A stretch of DNA of 64,000 bases from an uncultured Nitrospiraceae bacterium. GTDB taxonomy: Bacteria > Nitrospirota > Thermodesulfovibrionia > Thermodesulfovibrionales > UBA6898. Where the stretch lies: positions 416,001 through 480,000 of the forward strand of contig CAWEQH010000010.1 of assembly GCA_963811165.1 (NCBI GenBank), written 5' to 3'. Shown piece by piece: positions 9,721 to 21,113 of this stretch. Each line of letters begins with the position of its first letter. Position 1 is the stretch's first letter. The position numbers were made by a program, and so were the translations under genes. Under the pieces are notes generated by a model. It made no database searches and was not told where the DNA came from. It saw nothing but the letters and a program-made list of their open reading frames with translations.

Positions 9721-10750
9721 TTAAGACCTGCTCAGCCTGTGTACCGCCTCGACCATCGCGATTGCGTTTTCGACGGGCGTCTCAGGCAGTATCCCGTGCC
9801 CCAGATTGAATATATGCCCGCGTGCGGAATCCGCCTTGTTCAGAACGTCCTGCACCCTCTCTTCGATATGTTCCTTCGGTCCGAAAAGGACGAGCGGGTC
9901 CAGATTACCCTGGACAGACACTTTCTTGCCTATGCTTTTTACAGCCCGGCCCATGTCGATACGCCAGTCTATGCCTATAACGTCCGCTCCGGATTTTTTT
10001 GCAATGTCGAGGACGCCGGCACAGTCGTTTACAAAATAGATGACAGGGACGCCATGTTTTTTCAGGGCTTTTATCGCAGTCTTCACATAAGGGAATATCA
10101 CCTGTTCGTAGTCAAAAGGTGAAAGTATTCCGGCCCATGAATCAAAAAGCTGCACCGCCTGCGCTCCCGCCCGTATCTGGGCCGACAGGTAGTCGATGAC
10201 AGTCGCCGTGATCTTTTCGAACAACGCAGCAAAGAGTCCGGGGTTCTGGTACATCATCTTTTTTGTGTTGAGAAAATTCTTAGAGCTTCCCCCTTCTATT
10301 ATGTAGGTCGCCAGGGTGAAGGGTGCGCCGGAAAAACCGATAAGGGGCACCCTGTCTGAAAGTTCCCGCCGAAGGATTCTTATCGTCTCAAGGACAAAAG
10401 GCATGCTGTCTTCGGTGTCGGGTATGACCAGTTTTTCCACGCCTGACTTGTTCCTGACCGGTTCGCCAAGGATCGGCCCTTTCTTGTCCGAAAACTCCAG
10501 GTGCATTCCCATTGCCTCCACAGGGATAAGGATATCGGAGAAGAGGATCGCCGCGTCGACCCCGAGTAAATCGACAGGCTGGAGAGTCACCTTTGCGGCA
10601 AGCTCCGGGGTCTTGCAGAGGGTCAGAAAATCCACCTTCGACGCGAACCTCCTGATATTCCTTCATATACCTGCCCGCCTGCCTCATCAGCCATACGGGA
10701 GTGTAATCGACCTTCTCCCCCCTGCACGCCTTTAAAAAAGTATCGTTCAT
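9721..10750 (-). CDS. hemE: Uroporphyrinogen decarboxylase (one frameshift near 10642)
   Basis: [11 protein letters not shown]...[11 protein letters not shown] in one frame; [16 protein letters not shown] and FNLGHG in the next. Confidence 0.93.
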
Positions 10751-11817
10751 TTCTCCACCTTTCCAATTTTCCTTGGGATATAACTGCAAAACGGTTCCTC
10801 TTCGAGGTAATCGCCATGTATGGAATACGCCCTGGCGCGGCATCCGCCGCAGACGTTGACAAACTCGCAGGAACCGCACTTGCCCTTGTATTTCTTGAAA
10901 TCCCTCAGGTCCTTGAAAAGTTCCGAACCCTCCCAGATCTCCTTAAATGATGTCTCCCGAACATTACCCGCAGGCTTCGGGAAATAACTGCAGGGGAGCA
11001 CATTGCCGTCCACATCGATCAGGCATATGAGCTGTCCGGCAATGCAGCCTTTCGAGCCGCCCGTCGAAAACTTGAGGGTACGCTTCTTGAACTTTTCTCC
11101 TTCCTTCTTCGACTGCTGCAAAACTACCCGGTAATAATGCGGCGCGCACGTCGGCCTCACGAGCATCATGTCCTCGTCTTTCTCCATCTGATAATGCCAG
11201 TCCAGGATCTCCTCGTAATCCTCCTTCGAGATGAGCTCGTTCATGATCTCTTCGCCCCGGCCAGTCGGCACTATCATAAACATGTACCATGCGGTCGCCC
11301 CAAGTTCCTTCGCAAGACGATAAACCTTTGGTATCTCCTCCTGGTTTCTCCGGGTAAATGAGGAATTGACGATAAATTCTATCCCATGTTTTTTGAAGAG
11401 CCTCGCCGCATTGATCGTGCCGGTAAAGGCGCCCTTCTGGCTCCTGAAATCGTCATGCACACTTTCTTCGGAACCGTCAAGACTCAGAGAAACGATCTTG
11501 ATGCCGGATGCTTTTATCTTTTCGCAGATTTCGCCGTTGACCAGTGTACCGTTTGTCGCAAGGCACATCCTCAGTCCCTTGTCCGTTCCGTATTGAGCGA
11601 TCTCAAACACATCCTTTCTTATGAGGGGCTCTCCCCCGGACAGGACAACGACCGGCTTCGCATAGCTTGCAATATCGTCGATTACCCTGAATGCCTCGGA
11701 AGTGGAAAAATCGGGATGCCCCTTCGCCTCCATCTCCGAGGATGAACGGCAGTGGACACAACGGAGGTTACATCTCCTCGTTATTTCCCAGGCTATCCAC
11801 TTGGGTGAAAATTCCAT
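10747..11817 (-). CDS. Radical SAM/SPASM heme-biosynthesis enzyme, AhbD-like (coproheme decarboxylase)
   Basis: [25 protein letters not shown] and SPASM cysteines (GCIAG...CGSC...CGGCRARA...PFC); ATGA overlap with hemE. Confidence 0.75.
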   Translation of the reverse strand: MEFSPKWIAWEITRRCNLRCVHCRSSSEMEAKGHPDFSTSEAFRVIDDIASYAKPVVVLSGGEPLIRKDVFEIAQYGTDKGLRMCLATNGTLVNGEICEKIKASGIKIVSLSLDGSEESVHDDFRSQKGAFTGTINAARLFKKHGIEFIVNSSFTRRNQEEIPKVYRLAKELGATAWYMFMIVPTGRGEEIMNELISKEDYEEILDWHYQMEKDEDMMLVRPTCAPHYYRVVLQQSKKEGEKFKKRTLKFSTGGSKGCIAGQLICLIDVDGNVLPCSYFPKPAGNVRETSFKEIWEGSELFKDLRDFKKYKGKCGSCEFVNVCGGCRARAYSIHGDYLEEEPFCSYIPRKIGKVEK

Positions 11818-11871
11818 TATCTATCTCCTTGCCTTATCGTGCGCACACCAAAGAATTCCGTATCGCCACTA

Positions 11872-13533
11872 TTATACCTTCGCCCCGATCAATTTTTCAC
11901 CAAAGATGCTATTTTCTATCGCATCAAGCAAAGGACGGAACGTAGCAGTGTCCAGTGCGGACACCCCTACCGCATCGAATCGTATCGAGAGATTCCCGCT
12001 TTCCTCGCCCGTCAGCCTGTCCGTTTTATTAAATACGAGAAGTCGTTTTTTATCTGCAAGCTTCAGATCCGAAAGGATCCGTTCTACCGATGCGATTTGC
12101 TGCCCAAACCTCGGGTTCGACACATCGACGACATGCAACAACAGGTCCGCGTCCTCGAGTTCCTCAAGCGTAGATTTAAAGGCCGCCATCAAGTCCTTCG
12201 GAAGGTCTCTTATAAAGCCGACCGTATCGGTAATTACGACTTCCCGTTCCCGTGGGAACCTGAGTCTCCTGCTGGCAGTGTCCAGAGTGGCAAACAACTT
12301 GTCCTCCACGAAGGTCCGGCTTTTCGTGAGCGCGTTTAGGAGCGTCGATTTTCCGGCATTCGTATATCCTATGATAGAGACTATCGGGATTTTGGCTTCC
12401 ACCCTCCGCGACTTTCTCTGGCTCCTCGCTTTGCTCAATGTCTTGAGTTCTCTTTCGAGAAGCCCTATCCTGTCCCTCACCCGCCGTCTGTCTATCTCAA
12501 GTTTCATCTCTCCCGGGCCCCTTCCGCCGATCCCTCCCATGAGGCGAGACATCGCAGTCCCCTTGCCCGTAAGCCTCGGGAGCCTGTATTTGAGCTGCGC
12601 GAGCTCCACCTGCACCTTTCCGTCTCTGCTGTGCGCACGACGCGCGAATATATCGAGGATCAACTGGGACCGGTCGATGACCTTTAACTCAGTCAGTTCG
12701 CCGATCGACTTGATCTGAGACGGCGTAAGGTCCTGATCGAAGATGAGAAGCGTAGCGCCCCTGTTCATCGCCGTGATCACGAGTTCCTTGACCTTGCCCT
12801 CCCCCATCAGATATTTGGGGTTGATCTCTTTCGGTCTCTGTATGACCGAGCCGAGCACGAAGACATCGCTCGATTGCGCAAGCTCTCTGAGTTCTTCCAC
12901 GGAATCTTCCTGTTCGTACTTCGACTTCAGCGAAACACTGACCAGGATGGCCATCTCCCGCCCCGCCCGTTCACCCCGGGAAAAACCGCCGCCTGAAACC
13001 TCAAACCCGCGTGCCCGCTCAAGTTCGTCTTCAAGGGCCTCCATGAAGGGTCTGAAATCGACCGCATGATGAAAAAAGTCCACAACCGGCAGCACCTCGA
13101 TGGGGGCCTTTGCCCCCTGCGGCATAAGATGCGCGATATACATATCGGCCGGCTGGCCCTCCTTCACTCCTATTGCGGCCATCATATCGAACCTGAGGAG
13201 GGAAAGGTCCGTAAGATCGTCCTGGCTAAGCGGCTCGTTTTGCAGATGGGTGTGGATAAACCTGAGTCCCCTGAGCGCCTTCCTGCCGACCGGATAGTCC
13301 GTCAGAGGAGGAATAAAAATGCCTTTCGCGTCGCCTATGACCACGTGGGTCACGGTCCCTTTTCGGGAAACAATAATGCCCACCTGGCGGTTTATTTCAA
13401 ATGATATCTCGGCTAGGTATTTCCCCAATTCAACGCTTATCAGTTCGTCGTGAAGACGCCTTCGGTAGATCCTCTCGATCGCGTATATCTGGCTCCCTTT
13501 GAGGCCTGTAAGTTTTCCGTATAGTGCCGCTAT
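11872..13533 (-). CDS. hflX: GTPase HflX, long form, probable AUA start
   Basis: GYTNAGKSTL, DKLFATLD, DTVGFI, NKTD and GPGEMKLEIDRR motifs. The frame stays open upstream of the TTG at 13428 to an ATA at 13533 preceded by GGAGG. Confidence 0.93.
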   Translation of the reverse strand: MAALYGKLTGLKGSQIYAIERIYRRRLHDELISVELGKYLAEISFEINRQVGIIVSRKGTVTHVVIGDAKGIFIPPLTDYPVGRKALRGLRFIHTHLQNEPLSQDDLTDLSLLRFDMMAAIGVKEGQPADMYIAHLMPQGAKAPIEVLPVVDFFHHAVDFRPFMEALEDELERARGFEVSGGGFSRGERAGREMAILVSVSLKSKYEQEDSVEELRELAQSSDVFVLGSVIQRPKEINPKYLMGEGKVKELVITAMNRGATLLIFDQDLTPSQIKSIGELTELKVIDRSQLILDIFARRAHSRDGKVQVELAQLKYRLPRLTGKGTAMSRLMGGIGGRGPGEMKLEIDRRRVRDRIGLLERELKTLSKARSQRKSRRVEAKIPIVSIIGYTNAGKSTLLNALTKSRTFVEDKLFATLDTASRRLRFPREREVVITDTVGFIRDLPKDLMAAFKSTLEELEDADLLLHVVDVSNPRFGQQIASVERILSDLKLADKKRLLVFNKTDRLTGEESGNLSIRFDAVGVSALDTATFRPLLDAIENSIFGEKLIGAKV

Positions 13534-13641
13534 CCCTTTTCCTCCAAAAATTATTTCACAATTTTTCTATTTCCTTATATCATTGTAACATAAGACGCGC
13601 AGCCGTAGAGACATAGAGGACTCGATGGAAGGAGGGAAGAA

Positions 13642-14196
13642 ATGAAAATCATCCTGGAACATAAAATCGGCGGAAAGACACTTCGCCTCGTGCAGGGAGA
13701 TATCACGGACAGGGAGGTTGACGCCATCGTCAATGCGGCCAACTCCCATCTGCAGCACGGCGGCGGCGTCGCAGGCGCCATCGTAAAGAAAGGCGGCAAT
13801 ATCATTCAGGAAGAAAGTGACAAAATCGGATTTACGCCGGTAGGCACCGCCGTTATCACCGGCGCAGGCAGACTTCCTTCAAAGTTCGTTATCCACGCCG
13901 TCGGTCCGAGGATGGGTGAAGGTGACGAAGACAAGAAGCTCAAGAACGCTGTCCACAGCACCCTCGTGCTGGCCAATGAACAGAACCTAAGGAGCATCTC
14001 GCTCCCTGCGATCAGTTCCGGCACATTTGGATTTCCCAAGGACAGATGCGCCCGCATTCTTGTCGGCGAATCCGCTTCTTTCCTTAGAGAACATACCGAC
14101 GCCAGCCTTGATGTGGTCGAATTTTGCATACACGATGACCTCACGCTGGGTCATTTCAAAAAAGAATTCAACAAGCTCAATAAAGCAGACGGGTAA
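13642..14196 (+). CDS. Macro domain protein (ADP-ribose hydrolase/deacetylase)
   Basis: GDIT...DAIVNAAN...GGGVAGAI, VIHAVGP and PAISSGTFGFP motifs. Confidence 0.93.
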   Translation: MKIILEHKIGGKTLRLVQGDITDREVDAIVNAANSHLQHGGGVAGAIVKKGGNIIQEESDKIGFTPVGTAVITGAGRLPSKFVIHAVGPRMGEGDEDKKLKNAVHSTLVLANEQNLRSISLPAISSGTFGFPKDRCARILVGESASFLREHTDASLDVVEFCIHDDLTLGHFKKEFNKLNKADG

Positions 14197-14226
14197 TACA
14201 CCGTCTGATTACTCACGCCCCTAAGA

Positions 14227-15292
14227 CTACTTTTTTTGCGCGTACTCCTTTTTTATCTTCTTATATAACTCTTCGGGCGTAAATACGGCCCCCCCGGCCC
14301 TGCCGTAAAATACCACATCGCATTTCCCGTTCACCGCAAGTCTCACGTCATCGACCATCTGCCCGGCGTTCATCTCGACCACCATGAGCCGCTTTGCCCG
14401 TTTGGCCACTTCTGCCATCTTTTTTTCAGGAAAAGGGAATAATGTCATAGGCCTGAAAAGACCGACCTTCCGACCTTCTTTCCTTAAGTTTCGAACAGAA
14501 GAAAGGGCAATCCGCGCCGCCACTCCAAAGGCAACTACTACTAACTGCGCGTCTTCGACATCATACTCATCGAACATGACCTCTCTTTTCTTAATCACCT
14601 CATATTTGTCTGACAGTTGGTTGTTTCTCTGTCTCGAGTTCCCCCTGCCCCATACATAATGAACGAATAACTCTCGGACTTCTGTCCTTGCAGCCGTTCA
14701 AAATCCAGTCTTTTTTTGGAAGACGGGGCCGCACATATTTTGTCTGATGAAAAGGCTCCATCATCTGTCCTATCACGCCGTCTCCCAGGATAATGACCGG
14801 CATTCTGTATTCGTCGGCCTTGTCGAAAGCCCGCATCGTAAGGTCCCACATCTCCTGCACACTAAAAGGAGAATATACGATGCACCGGTAATCTCCGTGT
14901 CCTCCGCCCTTCACCGCCTGGTAATAATCGCCCTGGCTCGCTGTGATATTGCCAAGTCCCGGGCCGCCCCTCTGGATATTGACGATTACTGCAGGCAACT
15001 CGGCGCCGGCAAGGAATGAGATCGCTTCCTGCATAAGACTTATCCCCGGGCTGCTCGAAGACGTCATGGCCCTCACGCCGGCGGCGGATGCCCCGTATAC
15101 CATATTGACGGAGGCGATCTCGCTCTCGGCCTGGATGAAGACCCCCCCGACCTCAGGCATCCTTCTGGCCATATACTCGGGGATCTCATTCTGCGGCGTG
15201 ATCGGATAGCCCGCGTAAAAACGGCAGCCCGCCTGTATCGCAGCTTCGGCCACCGCTTCATTGCCCTTCATAAAAAATAATTTCTTTTGCAT
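14227..15292 (-). CDS. vorB: 2-oxoacid:ferredoxin oxidoreductase alpha subunit, VorB-like (frameshift near 14600-14630)
   Basis: [30 protein letters not shown] and TSSSSPG motifs; C-terminal domain (VVEMNAGQM) in a second frame. Confidence 0.85.
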
Positions 15293-15395
15293 ACTTAATC
15301 TCGCCGGCAAGGTGCCCCGGCCCAGGGGGCCTGCGGCACGCCGAAATAATTATAGCATACCATCGGCCTCCCTTTAGCGCCCACGGGCATTCCGA

Positions 15396-15425
15396 TTGAC
15401 AAACCCGCGGCTCTTTATTTAAGAT
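15396..15425 (+). promoter_or_regulatory. Sigma70-type promoter of glyQS
   Basis: TTGACA (15396)-N18-TAAGAT (15420) upstream of the AAGGAG RBS and glyQ ATG. Confidence 0.5.
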
Positions 15426-15447
15426 TTCGTTTTACCAAGGAGATCGA

Positions 15448-16324
15448 ATGTATTTTCAGGAATTGATTTTATCGCTTCAGAATTTCTGGGCAAAAAAGGG
15501 TTGTGTGCTGCTTCAGCCTTATGATATCGAGGTCGGCGCCGGCACCTTCCATACCGCAACTTTTTTCAGGGTCATCGGTCCAGAACCCTGGAAGACGGCA
15601 TATGTCCAGCCCTCAAGAAGACCTACCGACGGCAGGTATGGAGAGAACCCAAACAGACTTCAGCATTACTATCAGTATCAGGTAATTATAAAGCCTTCTC
15701 CTTCGGACAGCCAGGGGATGTACCTTGAAAGTCTCGGCGAACTCGGGATCGACGCGACGAAACACGATATCACGGTTCGTGGAAGACGATTGGGAATCGC
15801 CCACCCTCGGCGCATGGGGTCTTGGCTGGGAGGTTTGGCTCGACGGCATGGAGGTCACGCAGTTCACTTATTTTCAGCAGGTCGGCGGGATCGATCTCAG
15901 GCCCGTATCGCTTGAAATAACGTACGGCCTGGAAAGAATCGCGATGTACCTGCAGGGCGTCGACAACGTCTATAATCTCAAATGGAATAAAGAGCTCATG
16001 TACGGCGACGTGCACCATATAAGCGAAGTCGAGGGCTCTAAATACAATTTCGACCATTCAAACGCCGAACTGCTCGCCCGCCATTTCGATGACTGCGAGA
16101 GGGAGTCGATAAGGATGAACACTCTCGGGCTAGTCATCCCCTCTTATGAGTTCTGTCTCAAATGTTCTCATCTTTTTAATCTGCTTGATGCAAGGGGGGC
16201 GATATCCGTGACCGAGCGGACGAAATACATAGCAAAGGTGAGGAATCTTGCCAAGCTTTCTGCCGAGGCGTTCTATAAACAAAGGGAAGAGATGGGGTTT
16301 CCCTTACTAAGGGCCAAAAAGTGA
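15448..16324 (+). CDS. glyQ: Glycine-tRNA ligase alpha subunit (frameshift near 15772)
   Basis: GAGTFH and [16 protein letters not shown], then [20 protein letters not shown] and [14 protein letters not shown] in the shifted frame. Confidence 0.96.
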
Positions 16325-18423
16325 ATTCAAATAATCCGGAAACAACAACCAAATTGAACTTGCCTGCAGGCCGGCCCCTGCTGTTCGAGATAGGCACTGA
16401 AGAGATACCGGCGAGATTTCTTCCTGCGGCCATTGCGGACCTGAAAAGCACAGCAAAGTCGGTCTTCGATGAATACCGCATATCTTACGGCGAGGCCAGG
16501 TCGTATGCGACTCCGAGGAGGCTAGTTCTTATAATGAAGGGCGTGGCCCCGATGCAAAACGACGTGGTAAAGGAAATCTTCGGACCTTCCAAAAAAGTGG
16601 CCTTTGACGAGCAGGGAAATGCGACAAAGGCGATTACCGGGTTCGCAGTCTCCCTCGGCCTGAACGTCTCCGACCTCGTGGTAAGGACAAAAGGCAAGGG
16701 TGAATACATGGCAGCCGTAATATCGGAAAAAGGGATGGAAACAAAGGCCGTGCTGCCGGAAGTCTTCAGAAAGATCATACTCTCCCTGCGTTTTCCAAAA
16801 TCCATGAGATGGGGCAGCGGCAACCTCCTTTTCGTCCGGCCCATTCACTGGCTGGTCACCCTTTACGGTCCCGATACGATACCGCTGGATATAGACGGCA
16901 TAAAGGGCGGAAATATGACACGGGGACACCGGTTCCTTTCTCCGGCTTTTTTTCAGATAAAGGAGATATCGTCCTTTATCAACCTTCTTGAAAACAATTA
17001 CGTGCTGCTCGATCAGGACATGCGCCGGGAAAAGATAAGGTCCGGGATCACTGCCTTGGCGGCACAATCGGGAGGGCAGCCGGTCATGGACGAGGACCTT
17101 CTCGGACTCGTTAATTATCTTGTCGAGTATCCTGTGCCTGTCCTCTGCGGGTTCGACCGGGAATATCTGAAACTTCCGAAAGAACTCCTCATAACGGTAA
17201 TGAAGGACCACCAGAAATACTTCGGAATTCAGGACGGCGAGGGAAATCTGTTGAATAAGTTCATCGTGATCAGTAACACTCTGGCGGAAAACGCCGAAAC
17301 CGTCAGGACCGGCGCTGAAAAAGTCATCAAGGCACGATTCGACGACGCCAAGTTTTATTACTACGAGGATATGAAGAAGCCGCTCATCGGCCGGGTCGAT
17401 GATTTAAAGAAGGTGACCTTCCATGATACGCTTGGCAGTCTCTACGATAAAACCGGGAGGATTGCCTCAATGGGATCATTCCTGGCAGAGAAGCTTCTGC
17501 CGGCCCAGAGGGACAAAGTCGTAAGGGCAGCGGGCCTCTCAAAGACCGACCTGATCACCGGAGTCGTAAGAGAATTTCCCGAACTTCAGGGCGTGATGGG
17601 AAAATACTATGCCGCCCATGACGGCGAAGAGAAAGGGATACCGGAGTCGCTGGAAGAACAATATTTCCCAAAGTCTTTAGGCGGCCGCACGCCGGAAACC
17701 GACCTCGGCGCCCTCCTAAGCCTCTCAGACAAGATCGACAATATTGCCTCTTTTTTCTCAATAGGCCTCATGCCGACCGGCTCCGAGGACCCCTTCGCCC
17801 TCAGAAGACAGGCGATCGGCGTCGTGACCGTGCTGATCGACAGGGGCTACGCAGTGACCCTTGATGAGATTTTCTCAAGGGCTCTTGAGAGCGTGCCTGC
17901 AAAGTCCGGACGCGACATATCAGGGGACTTACTCGATTTCATGGGACAGAGGGTAGAATTCGTCCTATCCTCAAAAGGATATGCGCAAGACCTCGTGAAG
18001 TCCGTTCTTCCGCTGATATCGTCCCGTCCGCTAAAGACGGCCGTTTCCATGATCGAGGCACTTCAGAGATTCAAACAGGATGAAATCTTTCCTCAATTTC
18101 TCCTTGCGATAAAGAGGGTCAACAATATCATTCCCAAGACGGCGCTTCCTCCGCTAAGCGAAAACCTTTTGCTGCAGGAAGAGGAAAAGGGTCTTTACGG
18201 CACTTTCTTGCTCTTGAGAGATCGAATCTCTCCGCTTCTGGGAGAAGAGAATTTTTTTGCGGGTCTTATGGTATTGTCCGAGATGACCCCTTCGGTCAAC
18301 AACTTCTTCGACAAGGTCCTCGTCATGGACAAAAAAGAGGAAATTAAATTGAACCGGCTTGCGCTGCTCAAGGAGATATGGTCGGCGGCCTCATCGTTTG
18401 CGGACTTCTCTAAGCTCTCCTGA
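16321..18423 (+). CDS. glyS: Glycine-tRNA ligase beta subunit
   Basis: [34 protein letters not shown] and [10 protein letters not shown] motifs. Confidence 0.97.
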   Translation: MNSNNPETTTKLNLPAGRPLLFEIGTEEIPARFLPAAIADLKSTAKSVFDEYRISYGEARSYATPRRLVLIMKGVAPMQNDVVKEIFGPSKKVAFDEQGNATKAITGFAVSLGLNVSDLVVRTKGKGEYMAAVISEKGMETKAVLPEVFRKIILSLRFPKSMRWGSGNLLFVRPIHWLVTLYGPDTIPLDIDGIKGGNMTRGHRFLSPAFFQIKEISSFINLLENNYVLLDQDMRREKIRSGITALAAQSGGQPVMDEDLLGLVNYLVEYPVPVLCGFDREYLKLPKELLITVMKDHQKYFGIQDGEGNLLNKFIVISNTLAENAETVRTGAEKVIKARFDDAKFYYYEDMKKPLIGRVDDLKKVTFHDTLGSLYDKTGRIASMGSFLAEKLLPAQRDKVVRAAGLSKTDLITGVVREFPELQGVMGKYYAAHDGEEKGIPESLEEQYFPKSLGGRTPETDLGALLSLSDKIDNIASFFSIGLMPTGSEDPFALRRQAIGVVTVLIDRGYAVTLDEIFSRALESVPAKSGRDISGDLLDFMGQRVEFVLSSKGYAQDLVKSVLPLISSRPLKTAVSMIEALQRFKQDEIFPQFLLAIKRVNNIIPKTALPPLSENLLLQEEEKGLYGTFLLLRDRISPLLGEENFFAGLMVLSEMTPSVNNFFDKVLVMDKKEEIKLNRLALLKEIWSAASSFADFSKLS

Positions 18424-18427
18424 GACG

Positions 18428-19195
18428 TCACACTCCAGTGACCCTCAGTACTATCGCGCTTATATTGTCCCTCCCCTCCCCGGCAATCGCCCTTTCGTAA
18501 AGACACTGCACTGTTTTTCTCCGATCGGGAAAACACTCCTCCATCTCCTCACGCCTCATGCTCTCCCACAAACCGTCGGTACAGATCAGAAAGGTGCTGC
18601 CGTCGGATATCTTCACCGCGTTTACCTCTACTTCCGGCAGTCCGCCCAGCAAATCGGCGATGACGGCCGAAGTAACGATATTTTTCTGCGAGTGAAACCT
18701 CATCTCGTCCTCTGTGATAGTGCCAAAGTCGACAAGTTCCTGCACCACGGAATGGTCCTTCGTAAGCCTTTCGAGAAAACCGTCTTTCAGAAGATAGACC
18801 CTGCTGTCCCCGCAGTTAAAGACAAAAGACCCCTTGTCCGTCAAAAAAATTCCCGATACTGTAGTACCCATGCCATACTTGAGTCTGTCCTTTCCTGCAA
18901 GGCCATTCAAGGTTTCTTTGGCGGATACTATGATTTCACTGATGTCTGCTGCGTTTTCAATGCCCGGATACCGTTTCTTAAATTCCTCAAGGACCGTCTT
19001 ACTGGCCAGCTCTCCATGTTGATGTCCACCCATTCCGTCCGCCACCATATAGATCTGTTTTTCCTCGGAGGATTTCAGATATGTAGCACGGTCCATGTTC
19101 GCTTCGGAGATAAGGAGGTCGTTCACCAGGAGACTGTCTTCATTCTTCTTCCTCGTCTTGCCTATATTAGATAGGTAACCGGCCTCTACCCGCAT
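18428..19195 (-). CDS. PP2C-family Ser/Thr protein phosphatase
   Basis: RKKNEDS, VADGMGGH, GMGTT, GDSRVY, CTDGL and GRDNIS motifs. Confidence 0.93.
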   Translation of the reverse strand: MRVEAGYLSNIGKTRKKNEDSLLVNDLLISEANMDRATYLKSSEEKQIYMVADGMGGHQHGELASKTVLEEFKKRYPGIENAADISEIIVSAKETLNGLAGKDRLKYGMGTTVSGIFLTDKGSFVFNCGDSRVYLLKDGFLERLTKDHSVVQELVDFGTITEDEMRFHSQKNIVTSAVIADLLGGLPEVEVNAVKISDGSTFLICTDGLWESMRREEMEECFPDRRKTVQCLYERAIAGEGRDNISAIVLRVTGV

Positions 19196-19376
19196 ATCGC
19201 CATCCTCCTCGTCGTTTGCCCCTGAGGGTCAACGTATTGTAAAGTATGCGGAATATTTTTTTCACGCAGGAATCAAGAGGACTGTCACTTCTTAGGCCGC
19301 CTTGACATCTCCTCCGGGCAGAGGTAATTGTTTACTATGGTGGGCCTCTGCCGAACGAAAAAGGAAGACTTCACTA

Positions 19377-20020
19377 ATGTTTCGTGACAGGAAAGATGCC
19401 GGGGCCAAACTGACATCGCGACTCCTTAAGTACAAGGACAATGACGACACACTTGTTCTGGCGCTGCCCCGTGGCGGGGTCGTTACCGGCTATGAAGTGG
19501 CGCGGGCACTGGGCGTGCCCCTTGATGTCCTGATAGTTCGAAAGATAGGCGTCCCCTGGCAGCCGGAACTCGCCGCCGCTGCCCTTTCCAAACAGGCAGC
19601 CTCGTCCTTAACAAACTTGTCGTATCGGGCTACAGGATATCAAAGGAATTTCTGGAAAAAGAGGTTTTGAGACAGAAAGAGGAGATAGAAAGAAGGAGAG
19701 AACTTTACCGCATGGGAAGAAGCATCGCCGACCTCAGCGGACAGATAATAATCCTGATAGATGACGGCGTCGCTACGGGTGCAACGATGAAGGCCGCCAT
19801 CGAAACCCTTCGGGACGCAAAGATCTCTAAACTGGTTGTTGCCCTGCCGGTATCTCCTTCGGACACCGCTGATGAACTCAGAGGGATCTCGGATGAATTT
19901 ATCTGTATAGAAACGCACTCGGATTTTCTTTCCGTCGGCAACTACTATCAGGATTTTACGCAGGTTTCGGACGAGGAGGTGGTTGACCTTCTTGAGCAGT
20001 CGCGAAAGGAAAAGGGTTGA
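19377..20020 (+). CDS. Phosphoribosyltransferase family protein (frameshifted, about 19580-19670)
   Basis: MFRDRKDAG...LALPRGGV...VRKIGVP, then IDDGVATGATM and SVGNYYQDFTQVSDEEV in a second frame. Confidence 0.85.
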
Positions 20021-20088
20021 TGCGCGGCGCATATGCGCCGCTTTCCGCTTCGTGCAATACCTTGCGAAAAAAAACTGCGCAGGAAATA

Positions 20089-20118
20089 TTGACAATTCCT
20101 CTTTGATTCTAGTATGTT
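20089..20118 (+). promoter_or_regulatory. Possible sigma70 promoter of rplM-rpsI
   Basis: TTGACA at 20089 and TATGTT at 20113 (18-nt spacer) in AT-rich DNA. Confidence 0.4.
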
Positions 20119-20161
20119 ATATAGTTCTTAATATTCTATAAGAAAGTAAAGAGGTTTGATA

Positions 20162-20587
20162 ATGAAGACTCAGTTTGCAAAAAAAGGTGATTTCGACCGG
20201 AAGTGGTACGTTGTCGACGCCAAGGACGCTGTGCTCGGGAGGCTTGCGGTAAAGGTCGCGACGTACCTCCGGGGCAAAAATAAACCGGTTTTTACGCCCA
20301 ACGTCGACACCGGTGATTTTATCATCGTGATCAATGCAGAGAAAGTGCGTCTGACGGGAAATAAACAGACCGACAAGATGTACTATCATCATTCCGGCTA
20401 CATCGGCGGCATCAAGGCGAAGAGTGCCAAGGACTTGCTGGAAGAACGTCCGGAAAAGATCATCGAGCAAGCCGTCTGGGGCATGCTCCCGAAAAACAGG
20501 CTCGGAAGGACGATGATCAAGAAACTTAAAGTATACAGGGGAGCAGAGCATCCGCACAGGGCGCAGTCCCCGGAAATTTTGCAATAA
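20162..20587 (+). CDS. rplM: 50S ribosomal protein L13
   Basis: WYVVDA...[13 protein letters not shown] and [10 protein letters not shown] motifs. Confidence 0.98.
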   Translation: MKTQFAKKGDFDRKWYVVDAKDAVLGRLAVKVATYLRGKNKPVFTPNVDTGDFIIVINAEKVRLTGNKQTDKMYYHHSGYIGGIKAKSAKDLLEERPEKIIEQAVWGMLPKNRLGRTMIKKLKVYRGAEHPHRAQSPEILQ

Positions 20588-20597
20588 AGGAGTTTAT

Positions 20598-20990
20598 ATG
20601 GCCGAGATAAAATATACCGCAACCGGAAGAAGGAAGACCTCAATCGCGCAGGTGAGTATGATGACAGGGAACGGGAAGATAACGGTGAACAAAAAGCCGG
20701 TTGAGACCTATTTCCCGAGGGAGATCCTGCGCATGATCATCCGCCAGCCTATCGAACTTGTGGGCGTGACCGGAAAACATGATATCACCATAAAGGTTGA
20801 AGGCGGCGGACCGACCGGTCAGGCGGGCGCGGTCAGACACGGCATTTCGCGTGCGCTCCTCAAAATGGACGCGGACCTGCGAGGCAGGCTGAAAAAGGAA
20901 GGCTTCCTGACAAGAGACCCCAGGGAGAAGGAAAGAAAGAAATACGGTCTCAAGGGCGCCAGGAAACGCTTCCAGTTCTCAAAGAGATAA
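20598..20990 (+). CDS. rpsI: 30S ribosomal protein S9
   Basis: [17 protein letters not shown] and [19 protein letters not shown] motifs. Confidence 0.98.
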   Translation: MAEIKYTATGRRKTSIAQVSMMTGNGKITVNKKPVETYFPREILRMIIRQPIELVGVTGKHDITIKVEGGGPTGQAGAVRHGISRALLKMDADLRGRLKKEGFLTRDPREKERKKYGLKGARKRFQFSKR

Positions 20991-21000
20991 TTGCATTATA

Positions 21001-21064
21001 AGAGCGCAAGCTCTGCTTTTTTGATTTGCGAGGGCCCGTTCTTGAAACGGGCCCTTTGCTTTTT
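21001..21064 (+). terminator. Two terminator-like hairpins after rpsI
   Basis: AGAGC-GCAA-GCTCT followed by a T run (21001-21022), then AGGGCCCGTT-CTTGA-AACGGGCCCT followed by a T-rich tail (21031-21064). Confidence 0.7.
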
Positions 21065-21113
21065 GTAGAATTGAAAAAACCATATGCGTACCTTGGAAGA
21101 TGAGGGAGTCACG

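Noticed and set aside
15760..15790. Programmed frameshifting in glyQ (also hemE, tatD, yggS)
   Set aside because: No slippery heptamer was evident at the shift points I examined; the frequency across unrelated genes favours sequencing error.
18359..19174. Long antisense ORFs (this one, 11702-12718, 54345-55187, 57747-58601 and others)
   Set aside because: They shadow well-supported genes on the opposite strand and have no recognisable motifs.
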